This document shows, piece by piece, positions 47,696 to 57,608 of a DNA stretch of 64,000 nt (position 1 is the stretch's first letter; each line of letters begins with the position of its first letter). A program made the position numbers and the translations under genes. The notes below the pieces were generated by a model that did not search any database, was not told the DNA's origin, and saw only the letters and a program-made list of their open reading frames with translations. The DNA is from Alphaproteobacteria bacterium bin98 (GTDB lineage: Bacteria; Pseudomonadota; Alphaproteobacteria; Bin98): assembly GCA_002238905.1 (NCBI GenBank), contig MPNG01000001.1, positions 12,599 through 76,598 on the forward strand, read 5' to 3'.

Positions 47696-50600
47696 ATGAT
47701 CACACCTGAAAACAATCGCCCTTTTTTTATCCATCTGCGCATGTCATCCTCTTACTCCTTAGCACAAAGCGCCATTAGCATTCAATCTGCTATTCATTAT
47801 GCAAAAGATCATAATATTCCAGCGTTGGCGATCACAGATGCGCAAAATCTTTTTGGAGCTTTTGAATTTTCATTAAAATGCTTAGAGCATGGCGTGCAGC
47901 CTATTTTAGGAGCCACCATAGAAATTTTCATGAGTGAGACAGAAGAAAACGCGCAGCTTCTGTTGTTGGCACAATCTGAAGAAGGTTTCAAAAACATCTC
48001 TTCTTTGGTGAGTCAATATCATCTGACAAATACACCCTGCTCTTGGGAGGATTTGCGCGCAAAAAATACTGGTGTCATCTGTCTTTCTGGTGGCATACAT
48101 GGCCCAATAGGTCGTCATATATTGGCCAATGATACCGACCAAGCCCTTCGTGTTGCAAAAAAAACTAAAAATATCTTTCAAGACAGATTTTATTTAGAGA
48201 TTATGCGCCATCACCGCGAAGAAGAAGTGAAAACAGAAGAGATATTTTTAAAAATTGCTATAGATGAGCATATTCCTATTGTGGCAACTAATGAGTGTTT
48301 TTACACACAAAAAAATATGTTTGATGCACATAATGTTCTTTTATGTTTAAATGCAGGTGCTTATATTCACTCAGCAGATAGACCACACAGCAATCCATAC
48401 TTTTATTTACGAACTCCACAAGAAATGGCCGAGCTGTTCTTGGATCTACCTGAAGCCCTTGCTAACACTGTCCATATTGCACAAAGATGTCACTTTTACT
48501 TAACACCTATGAAGCCAGAGCTTCCTCACTTCCCTAAAGTGGGTGATGAAACCGAAAACGCTATGATTATGCGTGTTGCTAAGCAAGGGTTAGCAACACA
48601 CATCAAGAATCATAGAGTGTGTGAGCATATTGCCCAAAATATTTACGAAGAGCGCATTGATTATGAGCTTGAGGTTATTACAAAAATGGACTTTTCTGGC
48701 TATTTCCTTATTATGTCGGATATTATTTTATGGGCCAAAAACCAAGGCATACCCGTTGGCCCAGGCCGTGGTTCAGCAGCAGGATCTCTTGTCGCATGGA
48801 CCATGGGTATTACCAATGTGGATTCGTTAGCATTTGATCTTCCTTTTGAGAGATTTTTGAATCCTGACCGTATTTCTATGCCAGATTTTGATGTAGATTT
48901 TTGTCAAGAGCGGCGTGAAGAAGTGATACATTATGTGCGTGATCTCTACGGAGAAGACTGCGTTGCACAAATAATTACCTTTGGAACATTGCAGGCGCGT
49001 GGTGTACTCCGAGATGTAGGTCGTGTTTACCAGCTTCCTTATATGCAAGTTGATAATTTGTGTAAGCGCATTCCTAACCAGCCCGGTCAACACGTCTCCC
49101 TTGCGGAAGCCCTTAAAGATGATCCTATTTTGCAAGATGAATTTGATAATAAGCCTGAAATAAAAAAGGTTTTTGAAATAGCTATGCAACTAGAAGGTTT
49201 GCATAGGCACGCCTCAACACATGCCGCTGGTGTTATCATCTCTAGTCGCCCAATTGCTGATATCATTCCTATTTATAAAGACGCCAATACAGATCTGCAA
49301 GTCACACAATATACAATGAAGTATGTTGAATTTGCAAGCTTAATCAAATTTGATTTTTTGGGCCTCAAAACACTTTCTGTATTAGCAAAAACAACAGAAC
49401 TTTTGAGCAACGATGGATATGATTTTAATCTTGATAGTTTAGATTTTAACGATGAACAAACATTTTCCCTTCTTGGCACAGGTATTACAGGTGGAGTTTT
49501 TCAAATGGAAGGCTCAGGCATGCAAGAACTGTTACGCCAAGCAAAGCCTGATTGTTTTGACGACATTATCGCCATTGTGGCACTTTACAGGCCTGGCCCT
49601 ATGGAAAACATTCCTAGTTTTTTGGCACGTAAACAAGGAAAAGAAAAGGTAGTCTACCTTCACCCTCTCTTAGAAGACATTTTAAAAGAAAGCTACGGCA
49701 TTCCCATTTATCAAGAACAGGTTATGCGCATTGCTCAAAAATTGGCGGGGTATTCAATGGGTGAAGCAGATTTGTTGCGTAGAGCTATGGGCAAAAAGAT
49801 TCCTAAAGAAATGGCAGCTCAAAAAAAGAGATTTCTAGATGGTTCTTCCAGAAACAATGTTTCTTTAGAGATTGCGGAAACTTTATTTGAGCAAATTGCA
49901 CGCTTTGCTGGGTATGCCTTTAATAAATGCCACGCTACATGCTACGCCTTTATTGCCTACCAAACAGCGTACATGAAGTCCCATCACCTCCCCTATTTTA
50001 TGGCTGCCTCTTTAAGCTTTGATATTAATAATGCCGCCAAAATATGGGAGCACAGCAAGAGTCTTTCTGTCTTAGGAAGCGACCTTTTGCCACCAGACAT
50101 TAACGCTTCAGATGTATGGTTTTCTGTTCAAAAATCAGGAGATAAAAAGTGTGTGAGGTTTGCATTAAGTGCTATTAAAAATGTAGGATCTCATATGGCA
50201 GAAACTATAGTAGAGGAAAGAAAAAAGAAGCGCTTTTCTTATCCTTCCGAGTGTTTTCAAAGGCTGCTTATGGCTGGTGTTAGCAAGCGCACTATTGAAC
50301 AATTAATGAAGGCAGGAGCTCTTGACTCTATAGAAAGAAATCGTGCTCTCTTGGAGTATATTTTCTCTGACACAAAAGAATGGATGCCGGATGGCAAAAA
50401 AATAGCAGATGACCAGCCTTCCTTCTTTGCTGAAGATTCTGTGAGCATCGTTGAAGACAATCGGCCTTCACTCATCCACAAAGGCATTGTGGATAAAGGA
50501 TTGCCTCAAAAAGCAGAAGATGAAAAACAAACTCTTGGTATTTATGTACAGTATCACCCTTTGGCGCCTTATAAAAAAATCATTAAAACCATGAATTTAT

Positions 50601-51109
50601 TGAGTATTGAAGGCGCTTATGGATTGTCAGACAAAGCGATGAGTTGTTCAATTATTGCCATTGTGAGCTCTATTACTGCTAGAAAAACGCAAGATGGGCG
50701 ATCATTCTCTATTCTTGAAATTGCGGATGAAAAAGCAACCATGAGCTTATTTCTTTTTAATAAAGAGCTGGAAAAAGTTTCTGCCTATAGCGCGGGCGAT
50801 ATTGTTGTGCTTCGCTGCTCAATTCGCAAATCGGATCGTGGAAGACGTTTTAATCTCGTGGACATACATGGAACAGAGGCGCTGTTGGCGGATATGAAAC
50901 GCCAAAATATTATCATTAATATTAATGCTTTTGTTAATATTCAAAAGTTGCTTGATATGATACAAGCCGCTCTTTTTGAAGGCGGCCCTCACACAATAAC
51001 AATTTGCTTGGAGGGTACGGTGGATTTGCCTCTTAAGCAAACATTTCTTTTCACAAATTATGTGTTGATGGAAATGGCAAAAATTGCTAATATTCAACGC
51101 AAAACGTAA
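47696..51109 (+). CDS. dnaE: DNA polymerase III alpha subunit
   Basis: PHP-domain start MITPENNRPFFIHLRMSSSYSL. Motifs ..GPGRGSAAGSLVAWTMGITNVD, PDFDVDFC, FDFLGLKTLS, ALYRPGPM, IYQEQVM. The track ORF begins at GTG 47591, but the conserved N-terminus begins at ATG 47696. Confidence 0.97.
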   Translation: MITPENNRPFFIHLRMSSSYSLAQSAISIQSAIHYAKDHNIPALAITDAQNLFGAFEFSLKCLEHGVQPILGATIEIFMSETEENAQLLLLAQSEEGFKNISSLVSQYHLTNTPCSWEDLRAKNTGVICLSGGIHGPIGRHILANDTDQALRVAKKTKNIFQDRFYLEIMRHHREEEVKTEEIFLKIAIDEHIPIVATNECFYTQKNMFDAHNVLLCLNAGAYIHSADRPHSNPYFYLRTPQEMAELFLDLPEALANTVHIAQRCHFYLTPMKPELPHFPKVGDETENAMIMRVAKQGLATHIKNHRVCEHIAQNIYEERIDYELEVITKMDFSGYFLIMSDIILWAKNQGIPVGPGRGSAAGSLVAWTMGITNVDSLAFDLPFERFLNPDRISMPDFDVDFCQERREEVIHYVRDLYGEDCVAQIITFGTLQARGVLRDVGRVYQLPYMQVDNLCKRIPNQPGQHVSLAEALKDDPILQDEFDNKPEIKKVFEIAMQLEGLHRHASTHAAGVIISSRPIADIIPIYKDANTDLQVTQYTMKYVEFASLIKFDFLGLKTLSVLAKTTELLSNDGYDFNLDSLDFNDEQTFSLLGTGITGGVFQMEGSGMQELLRQAKPDCFDDIIAIVALYRPGPMENIPSFLARKQGKEKVVYLHPLLEDILKESYGIPIYQEQVMRIAQKLAGYSMGEADLLRRAMGKKIPKEMAAQKKRFLDGSSRNNVSLEIAETLFEQIARFAGYAFNKCHATCYAFIAYQTAYMKSHHLPYFMAASLSFDINNAAKIWEHSKSLSVLGSDLLPPDINASDVWFSVQKSGDKKCVRFALSAIKNVGSHMAETIVEERKKKRFSYPSECFQRLLMAGVSKRTIEQLMKAGALDSIERNRALLEYIFSDTKEWMPDGKKIADDQPSFFAEDSVSIVEDNRPSLIHKGIVDKGLPQKAEDEKQTLGIYVQYHPLAPYKKIIKTMNLLSIEGAYGLSDKAMSCSIIAIVSSITARKTQDGRSFSILEIADEKATMSLFLFNKELEKVSAYSAGDIVVLRCSIRKSDRGRRFNLVDIHGTEALLADMKRQNIIININAFVNIQKLLDMIQAALFEGGPHTITICLEGTVDLPLKQTFLFTNYVLMEMAKIANIQRKT

Positions 51110-51182
51110 TTAAATCACTACAGTCAATCTATTATAATATTCTTATATTTTTAAAATTAAAAGAAAAAGCAATACTTTATTA

Positions 51183-51211
51183 TTGACGAGATGCTTGTAT
51201 AGCATTACAAT
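51183..51211 (+). promoter_or_regulatory. sigma70-type promoter candidate for the MFS operon
   Basis: TTGACG - 17 nt - TACAAT, about 30 nt upstream of ATG 51241. AAGGA lies 8 nt before the ATG. Confidence 0.5.
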
Positions 51212-51240
51212 AGTTTGATTTACTGTTACAAGGAAAAATC

Positions 51241-52446
51241 ATGCATCATCGTCAATTTGTCATCTGGTCTGGATGGTTAGTAGTATCACTTTTTTATGCG
51301 TATCAATACATTTTACGCGTACTTCCTAACATTATTTTGCCATTTCTGACAGAGCGTTATGCCATGGACGGAGTGCTCTTTGGACAATTTTCAGGCTTAT
51401 ACTACACAGGTTATGCGCTTGCGCATGTTCCTTTAGGTATCCTATTGGATCGATTTGGTGTTAAAAAAGTTCTTCCCCTTAGTTTTGCATTAACATTTTT
51501 AGGTATTTTACCCATTATTTATGGAAGTACCTGGCATTATCCCGCCATTGGACGATTGATCACGGGCATTGGCTCATCAGCAGCTATATTGGGTGCATTT
51601 CAATATATACGTCTCGTTTTTTCTGAGGGACGATTTACGCGCGTTTTGAGCATGACTGTTACCGTTGGTTTGATGGGTGCCATTTATGGAGGACAGCCCA
51701 CACAATATCTTTGCGATACTTACGGCGTGTATACTGTTATACACTTTTTAGTTGTTGTTGGATGTTTACTTTCTCTGGCAGCATATATCATTATGCCTAC
51801 CTCTAAAAAAGAACATCAAAAAAAGATTGGTTTTAAAGAAATTTTCCAAATCCTGACAAACACACGTACCTTATTGCTCGCCATTGCTTCTGGCTTTATG
51901 GTAGGCGCATTAGAAGGGTTTCCAGACGCTTGGGGTGTGGCTTTTTTAACAAAAGTGCACAACGTTACCGCCAAAGATGCCGCACAATTAACATCCTTTA
52001 TCTTTTTCGGCATGTGTTTTGGCGGCCCTCTTTTAAGCTACATTGCTGACAGCACAAAGCGTTATGTAGAAACCATTATTGGGGCTGGATTGGTGATGAC
52101 AGCATTGTTCTTTATTATTTTATTTTGCTCAGTGCCCGTGAGCTTGCTTTACATATTCTTCGTCATTATTGGTATCTCTTGCGCTTACCAAATCCCTGCT
52201 ATTTATCAAGCATCAACATATGTTGAAAAACAATTCACTGGCCTTGCCACCGCTCTCGTCAATATGGTGATTATGGGGTTTGGACACTTGCTTCACTCAA
52301 CAATTGGTGCAACAGTGAACTCTTATGGAGGGATTGACTCTGTATCTGGTTTGCACGCCGGCGTCTTAACGGTACCGATCACTTGTGTAATGGGTGTTAT
52401 GCTGCTTTTGTTGTTTAGAAAGTCTCTAGAAAAAGGTGGCTCATGA
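51241..52446 (+). CDS. MFS transporter, paralog 1 of 3
   Basis: 401 aa, polytopic. MFS motif-A-like GILLDRFGVKKVL between predicted TM2 and TM3. Conserved YAYQYILRVLPNI. The stop overlaps the next start (ATGA). Confidence 0.85.
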   Translation: MHHRQFVIWSGWLVVSLFYAYQYILRVLPNIILPFLTERYAMDGVLFGQFSGLYYTGYALAHVPLGILLDRFGVKKVLPLSFALTFLGILPIIYGSTWHYPAIGRLITGIGSSAAILGAFQYIRLVFSEGRFTRVLSMTVTVGLMGAIYGGQPTQYLCDTYGVYTVIHFLVVVGCLLSLAAYIIMPTSKKEHQKKIGFKEIFQILTNTRTLLLAIASGFMVGALEGFPDAWGVAFLTKVHNVTAKDAAQLTSFIFFGMCFGGPLLSYIADSTKRYVETIIGAGLVMTALFFIILFCSVPVSLLYIFFVIIGISCAYQIPAIYQASTYVEKQFTGLATALVNMVIMGFGHLLHSTIGATVNSYGGIDSVSGLHAGVLTVPITCVMGVMLLLLFRKSLEKGGS

Positions 52447-53648
52447 GCAATAGATTAAAAGGATTACCTCTTTGGATCAGTTGGCTATTTGCCACCGCTT
52501 TTTATGCGTATCAATACATATTACGTGTACTTCCTAATATAATGTATGAACCTATTGTCAAAAAATTTTCGATTGATGCTCATATTTTTGGTCAATTTTC
52601 TGGCGTTTACTATACAGGGTACGCCTTGGCTCATATTCCTCTAGGTATTCTATTGGATCGATTTGGTGTCAGAAAAACACTCCCACCTATGATTATTATT
52701 TCTGTATGTGGGCTTCTTCCTATTCTGTATTCAGATTTATGGCTATATCCTGTCATTGGAAGATACCTCACAGGTATTGGTTCAGCAGCAGCCCCTCTTG
52801 CAGCTTTTTATATTATTAGAATTGGATTTTCTGAATCCCAAGGCCCACGTATGCTGAGCTGGTTTGTGACCTTTGGTTTACTAGGCGCCATTTATGGAGG
52901 CACTCCCACCACTTATTTTTGTCAAAAATTTGGATATGAATCTGTTCTGAAAAGCACCATTGTTTTTGGATTTTTTATGGCTTTTATTGGCTTTTTGTAC
53001 CTACCAAAAGAAGAGAGCAAAAAAAGAAAATATGCTGCGTTGCAAGGAATATGGAAAATTCTTAAAAACAAAAAAACCATTATTATTGCCTTATCTTCTG
53101 GCTTAATGGTTGGTTCATTAGAGGGATTTCCAGATGCATGGGGAGGCATTTTTCTTACGAAAGTCTACGGTCTTGATCTAAATCTAAGTGCGCACTTAAC
53201 TTCCTTAATTTTTCTAGGCATGTGTTTTGGCGGCCCATGTTTAGCTTTTATTGCCGAATATCTGAAAAAACCTATTATGACAGTCATTTTAGCAGGATGC
53301 GTTATGACAATAACATTTTGTTCAATTCTTTTATTCACCCTATCAACAATCTTGTTAAATGTTATGTTTGTGTGTGTTGGCATTTGTTGTGCCTATCAAA
53401 TGATAGCTATATACAAAGCAGCGTCTTATGTAGACCCTAACTCCGCCACCTTAGCGACAGCTATTGTTAATATGATTATTATGATTTTTGGTCATATCCT
53501 ACACACCAGCATTGGTGCGGTCGTAGCATATAACGGAGGCATGCAAAGTATCTGGGGCTTACAAATGGGCATAAGCGTTATACCTATGTTCTGCCTAATG
53601 GGTGTTGTAGTGTTAGCCTATAACTATAAAAGATTGAGGAAGGATTAA
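52443..53648 (+). CDS. MFS transporter, paralog 2 of 3
   Basis: 401 aa. Motifs YAYQYILRVLPNI, GILLDRFGVRKTL. Collinear with its neighbours. Confidence 0.85.
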   Translation: MSNRLKGLPLWISWLFATAFYAYQYILRVLPNIMYEPIVKKFSIDAHIFGQFSGVYYTGYALAHIPLGILLDRFGVRKTLPPMIIISVCGLLPILYSDLWLYPVIGRYLTGIGSAAAPLAAFYIIRIGFSESQGPRMLSWFVTFGLLGAIYGGTPTTYFCQKFGYESVLKSTIVFGFFMAFIGFLYLPKEESKKRKYAALQGIWKILKNKKTIIIALSSGLMVGSLEGFPDAWGGIFLTKVYGLDLNLSAHLTSLIFLGMCFGGPCLAFIAEYLKKPIMTVILAGCVMTITFCSILLFTLSTILLNVMFVCVGICCAYQMIAIYKAASYVDPNSATLATAIVNMIIMIFGHILHTSIGAVVAYNGGMQSIWGLQMGISVIPMFCLMGVVVLAYNYKRLRKD

Positions 53649-53650
53649 AT

Positions 53651-54856
53651 ATGATGTCTGTAAGCTTAGCGATGTGGCGCAATTGGTCATTTATCACACT
53701 GTTTTATGCCTACCAATATATAGTGCGCGTATTACCCAATATTATCTACAAACCTATTGTAGAAACCTTTGGCATTAATGCTACTATTTTTGGACAATTT
53801 TCAGGCATTTATTATATAGGATACGCATTAGCACACATACCTGTAAGCCTATTGTTTGATCGATTTGGATTGAAAAAAGTTCTACCACTAACGCTTTTAT
53901 TAATGGTGGGAGGGCTTTTGCCTATTATTTATACAGAATCATGGATTTACCCTGTATTTGGAAGATTTTTAACCGGCATTGGCTCTGCCTCCGTAACGCT
54001 GGCGGCTTTTCACATTATTCGTGTAGGATTTCCCGTGGCAAAACATCCTATGATGCTAAGTTTAACAATAGCATTGGGATTGGTTGGGGCTGTTTATGGA
54101 GGAAGGCCTACAGCTTACCTTTGCGACCAACTTGGACATGTAGCCGTTATTCAGATTTTGGTTGCGGTAGGCAGTATTATTTCTGTAATTTCTTATATTT
54201 CACTTCCTAAGGAAAAAAATCGTTTAAAAGATGTGCAAATTTTGAAAGGCCTTAAGCATGTTTTTTGTAACAAAAACACCATGTGGATGTCTCTTACAGC
54301 GGGTTTAATGATTGGATCACTTGAAGGTTTTCCAGATGCTTGGGGCGTTATGTTTTTTACAAAAGTATACGGACTTCAGTTTGATTACTCCGCCCAATTA
54401 ACCTCTCTTATATTTTTAGGTTTAGGAGTTGGCGGCCCATTGGTTAGCTACGCAGCAGAAAAAACTGGAAAAGCCCTTTGGTTTATTATCATCGCAGGCA
54501 TTTGTATGGCTGTTCCCTTTTTATTCTTTTTGGGAATGCAGCTTTCTGACACAATGCTGATCGTTTCATTGATTACTATTGGAGTGGGATGCTCTTATCA
54601 AATGCTCTCTATTTACCATGCCTCTTACTTTGTGGAAAAAAAATATGCCACTATTTCTACAGCAGTGGTGAATATGATTTTGATGGGGTTTGGACATTTA
54701 CTACACAGCGCAATTGGATGCACCGTCAATATTTCAGGCGGATTGGATAATGTGCAAGCCTTGAAAAATGGCCTTTATGTTGTTCCATTAGCCAGCCTTT
54801 TGGGTGCTATTATTTTAATTATTCGCAGAAAATATTTTCAAAACCTCAAATCCTGA
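53651..54856 (+). CDS. MFS transporter, paralog 3 of 3
   Basis: 401 aa. Motifs YAYQYIVRVLPNI, SLLFDRFGLKKVL. Starts 2 nt after the upstream stop. Confidence 0.85.
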   Translation: MMSVSLAMWRNWSFITLFYAYQYIVRVLPNIIYKPIVETFGINATIFGQFSGIYYIGYALAHIPVSLLFDRFGLKKVLPLTLLLMVGGLLPIIYTESWIYPVFGRFLTGIGSASVTLAAFHIIRVGFPVAKHPMMLSLTIALGLVGAVYGGRPTAYLCDQLGHVAVIQILVAVGSIISVISYISLPKEKNRLKDVQILKGLKHVFCNKNTMWMSLTAGLMIGSLEGFPDAWGVMFFTKVYGLQFDYSAQLTSLIFLGLGVGGPLVSYAAEKTGKALWFIIIAGICMAVPFLFFLGMQLSDTMLIVSLITIGVGCSYQMLSIYHASYFVEKKYATISTAVVNMILMGFGHLLHSAIGCTVNISGGLDNVQALKNGLYVVPLASLLGAIILIIRRKYFQNLKS

Positions 54857-55071
54857 CGCATGACATTTTTGAACAAATTTTTTTCTGACAGAGCAGAAAA
54901 AGGTTAGCTATATATTTTTGACACTCTACTTTTCAATCAATTCCTGCTAAAAACATAAATGAGGTATTTTTCCATGCCTTTAAAAGGTGATATTTTTTAG
55001 ATAAAAATAAATATTTTTATTTAAACAATATTATTCTATTGATGTATAATTTTTTCATCAAAAGGTATTAT

Positions 55072-55209
55072 ATGTCGCTACTGTTGTTCTTATTTTTTAT
55101 TGCTTTAGATTCCCAAGGATATCACAAGATTACAGATTTTATGGAGACTACTCTTGAGCACACTAAAGCCAAATGCGCCCCTACTCATAGAGTGATCCTG
55201 TCTAGATAA
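55072..55209 (+). pseudogene. leader-only stub homologous to the start of the 1204-aa gene at 57609
   Basis: MSLLLFLFFIALDSQGYHK.. versus MPVVLFLFFISLESQGACK... It sits in the same position relative to the duplicated MFS 3' flank and is only 45 codons long. Confidence 0.5.
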
Positions 55210-55528
55210 GGCATTTCAAAATATAAGATTCTATTTCAAAAAGAGAATAACTTCAGCTTTCTTATATAATATAGATATAGATAAATGGACAATCAGGCAA
55301 TCTTAAACAACTCAATATATCTGCCCCCGACTTCCATGATCTCGCAACATCTCCTATCTAGCTTTTTTGTAAAAATCAGCTAGTATCAATAAGAAACATA
55401 AACTAGAAATTTCAATACTCTCAAGTATAATAAAAACTTTATTGAAAAAAAATTCTCTATAGTTTCATAGATTATATTACTTCTTTACATATAAAAAGCA
55501 TATAATATACAAAATAGACATTACTTTT

Positions 55529-56095
55529 ATGATATTAATATTATTATTTTCAATCGCTTTAAATATTTATGGATCTGCTCGTACCATATACTACTCTCTA
55601 ACAAACTTAACAAATTCTGGGTTATCCAAACAAGTGATGTAAGACAGTTTGTCGGTTAAAGAAGTTGAGATACCGCGTAAACTATTTGTAGAATCTTGGC
55701 AAGAAGCAAAAGAATTTTCTGAATGTGTTGTGGTATATGAAAACATAAAACTAGCTCATACACAAACGTGTAAAAATCTAGATGCAATGCGTGAACTCAA
55801 TGAAAAAAATCCGAGACCAGAGACTCAAAGCGAGTTCATGCTATATTGCGACGTAGTGGAATCACTTCCAGAAACAACACGCCAACTAGAAGAAGCAGTA
55901 GTAGAGTTAGCAAAATCATCTAAAATCGCGAAAAGACAAAAGGAAGAAAAGAAGAAAAAAATACAATCTCAACATGCGGCATTAGACACAAATGAAGGAG
56001 TTTTGAAACTACTTGAAGATAGGGGAACGGTTGAAAAGCTTTGGCAATCATTGGAGGGACGTGCTAAAGTAGCGCAAAAGAAAACAATATACTAA
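55529..56095 (+). pseudogene. leader-bearing helical protein interrupted by one in-frame TAA (leader separated from body)
   Basis: ATG 55529 gives MILILLFSIALNIYGSARTIYYSLTNLTNSGLSKQVM, then TAA at 55640-55642. Two codons later, in the same frame, the 148-aa track ORF begins at TTG 55649 (55649-55529=120). Confidence 0.6.
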
Positions 56096-56868
56096 ATAGG
56101 ATGTGGGAAAAAGTATTCATAATGCTCTAAATACATTAAGCACCAGCGCGCATATTCTTGATCACTGCGGAGTCTTCTTTCATTACAGTAAAATTGAAAA
56201 GAATTTAAGAGGGCATAAAACATACTGTATATTATGCGGCGAGCCTTCTCACAGGGACCTCCTGGCCCACTATCCTGACAATTCTCCATAGCTACATCCT
56301 GTTTATAAGAGATTGATTCCATTCTAGAAAAAGCGTCGAAGAATTTTGATGGTGTAAGGTTAAATGGATGATTTGCCGTAAGCGATACGTCTTTTGTCAC
56401 ACCAGGTTCTAACGGGCTTTCACACTTTAATTGAATGGACGTCACTGGATTGGGTATAAGCGATACGTCTTTTGTCACACAAGGTTCTGACGTGCTTGTA
56501 AATTTTAATTGAGTGGGCGTCACTGGATTTGTAAGCAGCCCGTCTTCTATCTCACAAAATTCCACCGCGTATGCAAGATTTTTGTGTACAAATTTCATCC
56601 ATGTCCTGGCTGCCATATAATTAGCTGGACTATATTTCAGCATGCAATCCAAATCTACATTCCTAAAATTTTTAAATGTTATTCTGCGTGAGTCAAATTC
56701 TGCTTGATTTTTTGCCCATAAAGCACTATGGTAGTTCATCACCCTCCCTTGCATAGCACTCACGGAGTGAGCCATGTTTAAAAGAACTTTTTTCAGATAC
56801 CCATCATCTTCTTGAGATGTAGCGCCATAGACATATAAAGCACTTAAAAAAAATAGTAGAAATAACAT
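56092..56868 (-). CDS. leader + LLSS-FC family secreted protein (subfamily L)
   Basis: The track ORF runs to 56886. Leader MLFLLFFLSALYVYGATS starts at ATG 56868. Internal repeat NPVTPTQLKFTSTSEPCVTKDVSL / NPVTSIQLKCESPLEPGVTKDVSL. Motifs FNLTPSKFFDAFSRME, FYALLNSFQFYCNERRLRSDQEYARW. Confidence 0.85.
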   Translation of the reverse strand: MLFLLFFLSALYVYGATSQEDDGYLKKVLLNMAHSVSAMQGRVMNYHSALWAKNQAEFDSRRITFKNFRNVDLDCMLKYSPANYMAARTWMKFVHKNLAYAVEFCEIEDGLLTNPVTPTQLKFTSTSEPCVTKDVSLIPNPVTSIQLKCESPLEPGVTKDVSLTANHPFNLTPSKFFDAFSRMESISYKQDVAMENCQDSGPGGPCEKARRIIYSMFYALLNSFQFYCNERRLRSDQEYARWCLMYLEHYEYFFPHPI

Positions 56869-57157
56869 AAAAATATCCGACGTCATTATATCTCACGTTA
56901 TTCAATAATTCAATACATATCTGCTTGATTCAAATAAGGAATTGTCAAAACCCCAAATCCCTACGGAATACATTTTTAGACAAGCTTTTTTGTCTGAAAA
57001 AAACTGTATATAGGCTAAAATTTTTCTTTTTTAGCTAATGCCATTCCTCTTGAGCATTGCTTCAGAACAATCTTTAGATACTCTTAAAGCTACACTAGTA
57101 ATCAGAGCCTATCCATAAATGTGTATACAAATTAAAATAATACTAGCACCATTAAAT

Positions 57158-57379
57158 GGAAAAAAATATGCCACTATTTCTACAGCAGTGGTGAATATGA
57201 TTTTGATGAGGTTTGGACATTTACTACACAGCGCAATTGGATGCACCGTCAATATTTCAGGCGGATTGGATAATGTGCAAGCCTTGAAAAATGGCCTTTA
57301 TGTTGTTCCATTAGCCAACCTTTTGGGTGCTATTATTTTAATTATTCGCAGAAAATATTTTCAAAACATCAAATCCTGA
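57158..57379 (+). pseudogene. duplicated 3' fragment of MFS paralog 3
   Basis: KKYATISTAVVNMILM.FGHLLHSAIGCTVNISGGLDNVQALKNGLYVVPLA.LLGAIILIIRRKYFQN.KS is near-identical to the last ~72 codons of 53651..54856. The 3' flank is duplicated as well. Confidence 0.85.
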
Positions 57380-57608
57380 CGCATGACATTTTTGAACAAA
57401 TTTTTTTCTGACAGAGCAGAAAAAGGTTAGCCATATATTTTTGACACTCTACTTTTCAATCAATTCCTGCCTAAAAACATAAATGAGGCATTTTTCCATG
57501 CCTTTAAAAGGTGATATTTTTTAGATAAAAAATATTACTATGTTGTTTTCTTTTTTTGTTTTTCTTTTTACTATATACGATGTATAATTGAACCATTAGA
57601 GGTTTTTT

